Shown piece after piece: positions 8,234-15,948 of a stretch of 35,234 bases of DNA (within the stretch, counting starts at the first letter, position 1; each line of letters starts with the position of its first letter). This stretch comes from an uncultured Candidatus Saccharibacteria bacterium (GTDB taxonomy: Bacteria > Patescibacteriota > Minisyncoccia > CAYVXU01). The translations under genes and the position numbers were made by a program. The stretch is from the NCBI GenBank assembly GCA_964454705.1, contig CAYVXU010000003.1, forward strand, positions 16,180 to 51,413, written 5' to 3'. Below the pieces are notes generated by a model that saw nothing but the letters and a program-made list of their open reading frames with translations, was not told the DNA's origin and did not search any database.

Positions 8234-8295
8234 TGGCGCTGCCAGTTCAAAGTTAAAAGTGTAAAGTTACAGCAGCTATTCCAACGCTCATTTCC

Positions 8296-8394
8296 AATTT
8301 TCAATTCTCAATTTTCAATAAATTTTTAATGCTTCAATGACCCAATTGAAAATTAATGCAGTGAAAATTGGATGAAAATTGTAAATTGAAAATT
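8296..8394. repeat. Array of six TGAAAATT / AATTTTCA 8-mers in inverted arrangement
   Basis: AATTTTCA at 8296 and 8310. TGAAAATT at 8347, 8362, 8373 and 8387. The arms can pair: 8293-8303 with 8362-8372, and 8310-8319 with 8345-8354. Confidence 0.6.
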
Positions 8395-8426
8395 TTTCTA
8401 CAGACCCAAGCTAAGTAGCTAGGTAG

Positions 8427-8483
8427 CCCCGACGCATCTTACGGTCGGGGTCCCGATCTTCAACTCAGTTGAAGCATCGGGAC
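8427..8483. terminator. Two abutting GC-rich stem-loops between convergent genes (putative bidirectional terminator)
   Basis: ccccgac/gtcgggg (8427-8433/8444-8450), then gtcccgatcttcaac/gttgaag-c-atcgggac (8450-8464/8468-8483). No clear U-run on either strand. Confidence 0.4.
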
Positions 8484-8503
8484 TAACGAAGCTAAAAGCT
8501 ATC

Positions 8504-9073
8504 TTACGTGGCTTTCTCCACCCGCTCCACATATTCGCCGGTGCGGGTATTTACTCGTACGATATCTCCCGTATCAATAAAGAGAGGTACCTGTATCGTA
8601 GCTCCCGATTCTAGTGCCACTGCCTTCGTGCCCCCCTGTGCGGTATCCCCTTTCACGCCGGGTGGCGCCTCCACCACCTTAAGATCAAGTTTGATGGGAA
8701 GCGCCACGGTAAGAATCGATCCCTCGTAAGTGACTGCCTCCAGCGCAAGGCCCGGCTTGAGGAACCGTACCGCATCACCGAGCTTTTTTTCATCGAGTTC
8801 GAAGCGCTCCTTGCTTCCCTGTGGTGAAAACACATACGTCCCACGATGATGGTAGATAAAGGTAATGGGTGAACGGACAATGTCCGCCTCTTCAAACTTT
8901 TCCGACTGAAGAAAATTTTTCTGGAAAACATTTCCGGTGCGCAGATTGCGGATTTTTGTCTGCAATACCGCCCGGCGCTGGGCTACTTTGGAGTGCGATA
9001 TCTCAAGCGCCTCATAGGGTTCGCTCTCGTACACAAAAAATGTTCCGGGCCGTAAATCGTTAATGGTAAGCAT
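8504..9073 (-). CDS. efp: Elongation factor P
   Basis: 189 aa from ATG 9073: MLTINDLRPGTFFVYESEPYEALEISHSKVAQRRAVLQTKIRNLRTGNVF...VEAPPGVKGDTAQGGTKAVALESGATIQVPLFI. This is full-length EF-P embedded in the 630-aa ORF. Confidence 0.93.
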   Translation of the reverse strand: MLTINDLRPGTFFVYESEPYEALEISHSKVAQRRAVLQTKIRNLRTGNVFQKNFLQSEKFEEADIVRSPITFIYHHRGTYVFSPQGSKERFELDEKKLGDAVRFLKPGLALEAVTYEGSILTVALPIKLDLKVVEAPPGVKGDTAQGGTKAVALESGATIQVPLFIDTGDIVRVNTRTGEYVERVEKAT

Positions 9074-10396
9074 GGACGTAACAGAAAATAATGAAAACGC
9101 ACCATTGTGCGCAACTATAGTATAGAAAAACTGCGTTCGATACGCAATATTCAAATATTCGATTATGTTTTGATCGCAGTGGTGAAATACCAACAACGCT
9201 TCCCGGTGAGGGAAGCGTTGTTGGTAGAGTTTGAGCTTGATATCAATTTTTCCGCGCAAGTCTCCCTTTATCCCTCCGGTGGGAGTGGATGTGAAGGCAG
9301 GAGACGGGGAAAGCCGGCTTTGAGGGGGAGTGGGTGAGGGAGAGACGGTGATAAGAGGTGACACCGAAGGAGCTGATCCCCTGTCGGAAGCCGCCGATGG
9401 CCTACTCAAGCGGAGTTTAGACTGGGTACGAATGAAAATCCTAATTTCTCCAGCACGGGCGTGAGCCTCCTGGAAGCGGGCAAACGCCTCTCCGTATGCT
9501 TCCTGTGCGAGATTCTTTTTCCCCTCTGCAAGTACGTCCGTCACACCGGAAAGTTCGGCTTGCGCATATAGAAGCGCCTCTGCAGTCAACGTGCCTCGCT
9601 TTGCCTCAAAGAAATTGCCCACTTCGCGTGCGGTACGTTCCGCGGCCCGAAGTTTTGCTTCGGCAATGTGTTTCCCTTGCGACTTCTCGCGCCTGGCAAC
9701 CTTGAGTGTGATGTTCGCATTCGTTTTCTGCGTTGTTTTGAGCTGGGTATGCACCTTCTCAAGGAGCGCCGTTACCGGTGTATCCCTTTCTTGTTCCTTC
9801 TCTTTAAGCTGGGCAAGCACCCGCGCATGCGCACGCAGCGACGACTCTACTTCGGCATTCTCCTCGGCGGCGCCCTCGGTACTCTCATCTTCGAGTGCTT
9901 CAATTGCCTCATTCGCGGCGGCAAGATGCGAGACAAGGTGGAATTCGATAATCACACGGGCATCGTGGTTCAGTTTCCCTTCGCTCGCAAGCGTCTCTGC
10001 TTCTTCCAACCGCCGCTGTGCTCGTTGCGTCTCCCACGAAGCTTTGCTTTTCGAAGAAATTTTTGCGACTCCCTGCACCTCTTCGTTTACCCGTACCTTT
10101 ATCGGGTAGAGCATGTCACCCGGCAGCGATCCCTCTGCGGCATACGATATGCTCGCGCCGGTAATAAGGAGTACAATAAGTGCTAATGGCATAGGTCGTA
10201 GAATGAATTGGTGGATCAACGAGAATATCCGTTGCGCAACCAAGTTTTCTCCCTCCCTGTGACGTGCAGCCATTTCACTCCTTACCGGATGGGTCTGCAT
10301 ATACGAAATAATCGCATCCCTCACTGTGGTGCGTTCGTGAAACGAGAGTCTTATAGTACGCGCCTTTTTGGCGAGATCATTTAATTCTTTTTCCAT
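9074..10396 (-). CDS. DUF5667-type single-pass membrane protein, putative anti-sigma partner of the ECF sigma; 3' end undefined (no in-frame stop before efp)
   Basis: Short cytoplasmic N-terminus, one TM (PMPLALIVLLITGASISYA), an LPGDMLYPIK motif, a coiled-coil region and a Pro/Ser-rich tail. The ATG at 10396 overlaps the sigma gene end by 20 nt. Confidence 0.6.
9119..9147 (-). promoter_or_regulatory. Putative efp promoter
   Basis: On the minus strand: TTGCGT (9147-9142), a 17-nt spacer, TATACT (9124-9119). It lies about 45 nt upstream of the efp ATG. Confidence 0.45.
9188..9226 (-). terminator. 17-bp perfect stem-loop (terminator-like) upstream of the efp promoter
   Basis: taccaacaacgcttccc / gggaagcgttgttggta with a 5-nt loop. 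On the minus strand it is followed by tttcacc. Confidence 0.5.
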
Positions 10397-10886
10397 ACGT
10401 TATCTGTGTGCGAAGGGCATGCACGCCCCGATGGATCCTTACCGAGATTACATTCGGACTTACTCCAAGAATACCGGCGATTTCACTCACGGAGTAACCT
10501 TCAATATACCGCATGAGCATTACCTCGCGGTACGCCGCCGGCAATTTCTGCACGTGATCAAGCACCTCCCGCTCCTCTGCGAATGCGTAAGAGTGATCGC
10601 CCCGATGATGCGTAGGCGGATCAAAACCCTGTTCCGCGAGTGCCTCGAGTGAGTACTCCTTCTTCTTGCGCGCGTGATCGATAATGAGGTTGTTCGCAAT
10701 CCGGTAAAGATACGCCCGCATGTTATTCACTTGCGCACCCTCGCACATGCTCTTCCACGCCTTAATAAACGTCTCCTGTAAAAGCTCTTTTGCCCGCTCG
10801 CGGTCGTACACGCGGAAGTAGCAGTGTCGGAAAAGAGGATCGGCGAGCTCTTCGTATGCGCGCAGAAATTCCTCCTCTTGCTGCAT
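10377..10886 (-). CDS. ECF-type sigma-70 family sigma factor
   Basis: Region 2 (FRHCYFRVYDRERAKELLQETFIKAW...YLYRIANNLIIDHARKK) and region 4 (LPAAYREVMLMRYIEGYSVSEIAGILGVSPNVISVRIHRG). I prefer the start at M21 (10886). The ORF track starts at 10946. Confidence 0.85.
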   Translation of the reverse strand: MQQEEEFLRAYEELADPLFRHCYFRVYDRERAKELLQETFIKAWKSMCEGAQVNNMRAYLYRIANNLIIDHARKKKEYSLEALAEQGFDPPTHHRGDHSYAFAEEREVLDHVQKLPAAYREVMLMRYIEGYSVSEIAGILGVSPNVISVRIHRGVHALRTQITYGKRIK

Positions 10887-10969
10887 AGTAATGAGACGTA
10901 AATACCCTAATAAAATTACTTCTCCGCAGGTCGAGTACTCTACCATTTCCTAGGTAGTCCAGCAAGTAT

Positions 10970-11082
10970 AAATCACCGCCTACCAAAGACGAATCGGTGT
11001 GTGGAGCCTCACTTTTATATTTGCCGTTCCGGCAAGGTAGCGGACTTCTCCACAATGATTCGCTATTGGCAGGCGGTGATTT
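10970..11082 (-). ncRNA. Candidate structured RNA / conserved extended hairpin, copy B
   Basis: P1 is 17 bp (11066-11082/10970-10986, with one G-U pair). The same internal blocks as copy A appear in the same order. It fills the gap between the receiver gene stop (11096) and the sigma gene. Confidence 0.5.
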
Positions 11083-11095
11083 TAGTATTCCTGTA

Positions 11096-11470
11096 CTAAA
11101 GGCGTGCCTTTATTTTGGTGACTATCTCCCCGATGGTGCGGCCGGTTTTCTCGAAGTAATACACCGGCGCATGCTCAATGATGCCTTTTACGATTTTTTT
11201 GTTCACCCCAAGATTCGTGAGGAGAATGATCGGAATATTCCTCCCCCATCGCTCTTTGCGCAGTTTCTCCATCATGGTGATACCGTCCATCTTCGGCATA
11301 AGAATATCAAGGAGAATGAGGTCGGGCTTCTCCTTCTTTGCAAGAGAAAGACCCTCCTTGCCGTCTCGCGCTTCAATTACCGCAAAGCCCTCATATAGTA
11401 GGTTGTCTTTGAGGATGGCGCGAAGGGGCGCTTCATCTTCAACGATGAGGATTTTTTTCACTTTCGGCAT
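11096..11470 (-). CDS. Stand-alone response regulator receiver (CheY-like)
   Basis: KILIVEDEAPLRAIL...PDLILLDILMPKMDGITMMEKLR... with no output domain. Confidence 0.9.
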   Translation of the reverse strand: MPKVKKILIVEDEAPLRAILKDNLLYEGFAVIEARDGKEGLSLAKKEKPDLILLDILMPKMDGITMMEKLRKERWGRNIPIILLTNLGVNKKIVKGIIEHAPVYYFEKTGRTIGEIVTKIKARL

Positions 11471-11494
11471 GCGACTGAATAATAGCTTACTTTC

Positions 11495-14400
11495 CTATAA
11501 CGTGTGGGGGCGTTGATTATTACCGAGAGGAAAGGCAACATAAAAGGTGGTGCCTCTGTTTTTTTCCGACTCAAACCATATCTTTCCTTTCATGAGCTCA
11601 ACTACCAGTTTTACGATATAGAGGCCAAGCCCTGTGCCGTCGTGCCCTTTTTTCTTTACGTTATCAGCACGGAAAAATTTTGTAAATATTCTCCCCTGCG
11701 TGGCTTTGGGTATTCCGTGGCCGGTATCGGTCACCGTGAGCACCGCACATTTTTCATCTATTTTCTCCCCTCCAAAACTGTCTCCTTCTTCGGCAAGGTA
11801 CATATCAAGGTCTACCTTCCCGTGCGCAGGGGTGTATTTGATTGCGTTGGAAAGAAGATTCTCAATAATTATCCGCACGAGATTCGGATCAAGATGCAGA
11901 GAAGGAATTCCTTTGTCGTATTTCTGGTTGAAGTGGATTTTCTTTTTCACCACGAAGGGCCTTATTTCGCTTGCAATCGCGCGGGCGGTTTCCACCATGC
12001 TCATATCCTCCGGTTCAACGCTGAACGTGCCGAGTTCAAGACGTGATACATTGAGAAGCGCATTTACCATTCGCGCCATCCGCTGGCTCGCTCCGTAAAT
12101 CTGCTCAAGATATTCACGCTGCCTCCTGTCGACGCTCACTACCCTCCCTTTGAGCAGGGTTTCTGCATACCAGTTAATAGTCGAAATGGGGGTGCGGAGC
12201 TGGTGGGAAGCAAGGGAGACAAACTCTTCTTTTGCCGTATCAACTGCTTTTTCCTGTGTCACATCGCGAAAGATAGAAATTGCTCCAATTACTTTGTCGC
12301 GAAGAATGATCGGAGATGCGGTAATAGCAACAGGAAACTTTCTGTTGTCGCGCCGCACACAGACATACTCGTCGGTAACCACTTTTTTGCCGGTTTTTAA
12401 GGCAATCATCAAAGGACGTTTTTCCAGCGCAATCCGGTTGCCCGCATCGTCCAAGAGCAAAATGCTGTGCGCGTAAAGTTTTCCCTTGAGTGCGTCTCCT
12501 TTTACCCGGAGTAATTTCTGGGCCTGCTCATTGAGGAAGATAATTTTCCCCCGCGCGTCTACCGCCACCACTCCTTCCCCAATACTCCCGAGCAGCGCCT
12601 CATCTTTTACCTTCGCATGCTCTTCGGCTTTCAGGCGTTCATTGAGCTCACGGGTACGCTCGATCACTTTTTTTTGCAGCGTTTTATTGTACTCGCGAAG
12701 CTTTTTTTCAAGGCGCTTGCGCTCGGTGATGTCAAAGAGTGTGGTGCGCGTCATGATAAACCTCCCGTCTTTATCCCGGATTGAGGTAGCGTTTACCGAT
12801 ACCGGCATTACCGTGCCATCCTTACGCACATATTCCATTTCAAGGTCACGAATCCATCCTTGTTTCATAAACCGAGGAAAGCATATGTGGAACTTTTTCA
12901 CGCTCTGGGGCGTCATAAGGTCGGTAATTTTTTTCTTCCCTACCAGCTCTTCGCGGGTATATCCGAGCCACGCAAGCTCTGTATCATTGATTTGCACAAT
13001 GGTATGATCCCGTGAGATTGAGTGATATCCGCACGGCGCATTATTGTAGAGATCGCTGATCTCCTCCATATTTTCGTAGAGTTTCCGCTCGGCAGCGCGC
13101 TTATCAGTCACATCGTGCACGATGGCGATAAACTGAGACTGACGCGGCCCGGTGAGCCGCTGAAGAGCTATCTCTACTTCCACAAGCGATCCGTCTTTGC
13201 GCTGCAATACCCGCTCCGTCCTGGTTGTTCCCTCGCTTTTGATCAGGCGGATAAGTCGGACGGATGAAGTGGCGCGTTCAGCCGGCGCAAGGAGCGGTTC
13301 GAAGTTAGGAAGCGAAAAAAGTTCTTCACGTGCATACTTCACGATCCGGCAAAAGGCATCGTTCACAAAGGTAAAACGCCTTGTGCGAATGTCGAAAACG
13401 CACACCCCGCTTCCGAGGTCGCTCTGCGCCTGAATGAGCGATTTCTGGAGATCCATTTCGCTCGTGAGCTGTTCCTCCGTCTCTTTGCGGTCGGTAATAT
13501 CCACTGAAAACATAACTACGTTTATCACTCTGCCGGTGCGTTTGATAGGGCCGATCCGCGTAAGAAACCAGCCGGTGCGTCCGTGCGCAGCGATTCCTTT
13601 CATCTCTGCCGTCATACCTTCACCGCTGCGAAAGACCTGCTCGATCATTCGTTTGAGTTTGCGTCGTTCTTCCGGAAGCGCCCAATGGTAAATATAGGTC
13701 CCCAGTACCTGCCCCACGGTAAGAGGAGGAAAGGTACGGTTAATGAAAAGTATCACTCCCTCCCGATTGAGTACGGAAATAATCTCGGGCGCGTTCATAA
13801 CAAGTGAACGCCACTCTTCTTCGGCCTGTTGGAGAGCGTGTTGCGCTTTTTTGCGTTCGGTAATATCCCGGATGACCATAATACAATTTCCCCCTTCATT
13901 TCCCCTCACTGCTTTCATCGATATTTCAACGGTAATCCGCTTCCCGTCCTTGCGGCGAATGACTGACTCAAACACCACCGCACTCTCCACGCCGGCCCGC
14001 AAAAGCCTCCGGTGTCGCTCAAAGTTCTTTTGCTCCTCACGAGGAAGCGTGCGTTTAAGATAGTCCGGCATTGAAAGAAGCGCCTCCCGGGTAATACCAT
14101 GGAGCATGCAAAACGCGTCGTTGACATGGAACAGCTTTCCACCCTTGAAGTTAAGCATCGCTACTCCCTCTCCCAGATCGCTTTGCGCCCGCAGCAGATT
14201 GTCATAGAGGTCACGCTGGAGACGAAGCGCGCTGGTACGGTATTTTACTTTTTTCTCAAGAACGCTGTTGAGCCGTTCAAGCTCTCTCAACTTTTCGCGG
14301 ATAACCTCAAGCGTAGTCTGCACCCCTACATAAACGTCAGTAAATTCATCCTCAAGCGGGGGGACTTTTACATCATGGGTAAAGTCCCCGATTGAGATCC

Positions 14401-14509
14401 ATGCGAGATAATTGACAATTTCACTTACTCTCTTCCTTACATACGTTCGGTAGTCCTGGACGCTCGCTACGGACGGGGACAATGTTTTTACCGCGGCCTC
14501 CTTTTTCAT
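11495..14509 (-). CDS. Cytoplasmic sensor histidine kinase with five PAS domains
   Basis: 1004 aa with no TM segment. Five PAS-like repeats each end in ...DITERK/DVTDKR-type motifs. HisKA (FVSLASHQLRTPISTI) and HATPase_c (DTGHGIP...GTGLGLYIVKLVVELMKG) follow. Confidence 0.9.
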   Translation of the reverse strand: MKKEAAVKTLSPSVASVQDYRTYVRKRVSEIVNYLAWISIGDFTHDVKVPPLEDEFTDVYVGVQTTLEVIREKLRELERLNSVLEKKVKYRTSALRLQRDLYDNLLRAQSDLGEGVAMLNFKGGKLFHVNDAFCMLHGITREALLSMPDYLKRTLPREEQKNFERHRRLLRAGVESAVVFESVIRRKDGKRITVEISMKAVRGNEGGNCIMVIRDITERKKAQHALQQAEEEWRSLVMNAPEIISVLNREGVILFINRTFPPLTVGQVLGTYIYHWALPEERRKLKRMIEQVFRSGEGMTAEMKGIAAHGRTGWFLTRIGPIKRTGRVINVVMFSVDITDRKETEEQLTSEMDLQKSLIQAQSDLGSGVCVFDIRTRRFTFVNDAFCRIVKYAREELFSLPNFEPLLAPAERATSSVRLIRLIKSEGTTRTERVLQRKDGSLVEVEIALQRLTGPRQSQFIAIVHDVTDKRAAERKLYENMEEISDLYNNAPCGYHSISRDHTIVQINDTELAWLGYTREELVGKKKITDLMTPQSVKKFHICFPRFMKQGWIRDLEMEYVRKDGTVMPVSVNATSIRDKDGRFIMTRTTLFDITERKRLEKKLREYNKTLQKKVIERTRELNERLKAEEHAKVKDEALLGSIGEGVVAVDARGKIIFLNEQAQKLLRVKGDALKGKLYAHSILLLDDAGNRIALEKRPLMIALKTGKKVVTDEYVCVRRDNRKFPVAITASPIILRDKVIGAISIFRDVTQEKAVDTAKEEFVSLASHQLRTPISTINWYAETLLKGRVVSVDRRQREYLEQIYGASQRMARMVNALLNVSRLELGTFSVEPEDMSMVETARAIASEIRPFVVKKKIHFNQKYDKGIPSLHLDPNLVRIIIENLLSNAIKYTPAHGKVDLDMYLAEEGDSFGGEKIDEKCAVLTVTDTGHGIPKATQGRIFTKFFRADNVKKKGHDGTGLGLYIVKLVVELMKGKIWFESEKNRGTTFYVAFPLGNNQRPHTL

Positions 14510-14536
14510 ATTTTATATATAGAAGATCATCGATAA

Positions 14537-14899
14537 TTATTCAAGAAGCCAGGCCTCTGCATCCCGCCGTGATGGAAAATAGCGCACTTTCTGCCCTACA
14601 CCAGAGGCGATGATAATGAGATGGATGAGATGGCGCAGAAAAAGGCCGCCGCCGGTGATCGCGACCTTTTCATATGGAAGATGGTGAAGTTTTTCTACGA
14701 CTGATTTTCGGACGTCAGAAGTTGTGGTAGTGACATGTGTCGCATCGAAAAGTACCAAGCGGGGTTTTCCCTCTTTATGAAGGATGTGAAGCAAGCGCTG
14801 AATGGTTTTGCCAGCTTCTTCGATGGAGTCGAACGTCTGCGGGCCGTTGTAGTTCACCTCCACATAGCCTTTTTTATTGAGAGTAAACTTATTTGGCAT
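14537..14899 (-). CDS. STAS / SpoIIAA-like domain protein
   Basis: 120 aa from ATG 14899 (MPNKFTLNKKGYVEVNYNGPQT...), ending ...KVRYFPSRRDAEAWLLE, which is typical of the SpoIIAA-like family. It is the first gene of the kinase operon. Confidence 0.6.
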   Translation of the reverse strand: MPNKFTLNKKGYVEVNYNGPQTFDSIEEAGKTIQRLLHILHKEGKPRLVLFDATHVTTTTSDVRKSVVEKLHHLPYEKVAITGGGLFLRHLIHLIIIASGVGQKVRYFPSRRDAEAWLLE

Positions 14900-15132
14900 G
14901 TGACGGAATAGTAACGCTGCGCTCTTCTGTGTACAATCCTGCACAAATCCTCTCTCTTGCCTGCCCGACTCGCGTCATTCAGGTGGACCTGCCTGACTGA
15001 AGTTGTTCCCCGCCAGAAGGACTCTGTCGGGCTTGGGGCGGGCGGGGAGAAGCTAATGAAGCCTCCCTGAAAGCTAACACTGCATATGCACGAAAACAAA
15101 AATATGGTACCATAGAAGAAATCCGCTCATCC

Positions 15133-15405
15133 ATGGACACCCTGATTCACGCTGATATTTTTTTCTTTGTCACCACCATTGCAGTCATTCTTGTTGCCGT
15201 TCTTCTCACCGGTATTTTGACATACCTCTTTTTCATTGCGCGGGAAATACGGGAAATATTTCGAATTATTAAATCTGAGACCCGCCTTATCAAGAACGAT
15301 GTAGATGACTTAAGAAGCGAGCTACGAAAAGAAGGAATTGTGTGGCAAACGGTAAGCCGTTTTCTCACCGGTATCTTTAGAAAGGGAAGAAAAAGGTCGA
15401 AATAG
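15133..15405 (+). CDS. Small membrane protein (one TM, charged coiled C-terminus)
   Basis: 90 aa with TM segment IFFFVTTIAVILVAVLLTGILTYLFFI. Confidence 0.55.
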   Translation: MDTLIHADIFFFVTTIAVILVAVLLTGILTYLFFIAREIREIFRIIKSETRLIKNDVDDLRSELRKEGIVWQTVSRFLTGIFRKGRKRSK

Positions 15406-15429
15406 TGTGGAGGGATTACAACTATCGTT

Positions 15430-15801
15430 ATGGCAAAATCAGGTTCGCCTGCCCGTAAAATCGCTGGCATTGGTGCAGGAATTGCTGCCGCTGCGGTAGC
15501 GGCTGCTGCAGGTGCATATTTCTTGTACGGCAAGCACGGGGCACAGCACCGAAAGAAAATTAAAGGATGGATGCTGCAGGCAAAGGGAGAGGTGCTTGAG
15601 CAGTTAGAAAATCTCAACGAGATAAGCGAGAAGGCGTATAACGAAGTGATCGATAAGGTGGCGAAGAGTTACCGCGGATTTCAGAACGTAGATAAAACAG
15701 AACTCGCGCACATGGTACAGGATCTTAAGCGTCACTGGAAGACTATTTCGCGCGAGCTCGCATCGAAAAAACGTGTTTCCTCAAGAAGGAAGAGCAGATA
15801 A
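15430..15801 (+). CDS. YtxH-like small membrane protein
   Basis: 123 aa. Gly/Ala-rich TM (IAGIGAGIAAAAVAAAAGAYFLYG) followed by a helical charged region. Confidence 0.6.
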   Translation: MAKSGSPARKIAGIGAGIAAAAVAAAAGAYFLYGKHGAQHRKKIKGWMLQAKGEVLEQLENLNEISEKAYNEVIDKVAKSYRGFQNVDKTELAHMVQDLKRHWKTISRELASKKRVSSRRKSR

Positions 15802-15814
15802 AAACAGTAAAAAG

Positions 15815-15841
15815 AAAAACCCTCCCACCAAGAGGGTTTTT
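15815..15841. terminator. Rho-independent terminator (bidirectional shape)
   Basis: aaaaaccctc / gagggttttt form a 10-bp stem with loop ccaccaa, followed by tcttttat. Confidence 0.75.
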
Positions 15842-15948
15842 CTTTTATGTATACTGCTCTCTTGCACGCGCGCAAAGCAATTTTGCAAACCTCTTTAACG
15901 AGGCGATTTCGCCTCTTCTTCCAAGGACAATAATTCGCGACTTAGGTT

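Noticed and set aside
8290-8400. AT-rich repeats as a CRISPR array
   Set aside because: The repeat unit is only 8 nt, the spacing is irregular at 11-15 nt, the copies are in both orientations, and there are no cas genes.
8504-10396. The 630-aa ORF as a genuine DUF5667-EF-P fusion protein
   Set aside because: The EF-P part is complete with its own ATG and promoter. The linker is the translation of a perfect hairpin and of promoter DNA. The two halves belong on opposite sides of the membrane.
15147-15617. 156-aa minus-strand ORF overlapping both small + strand genes
   Set aside because: It is antisense to two ORFs with clear TM and helical features and a downstream terminator. Its Ala-run is the complement of the Gly/Ala TM coding region.
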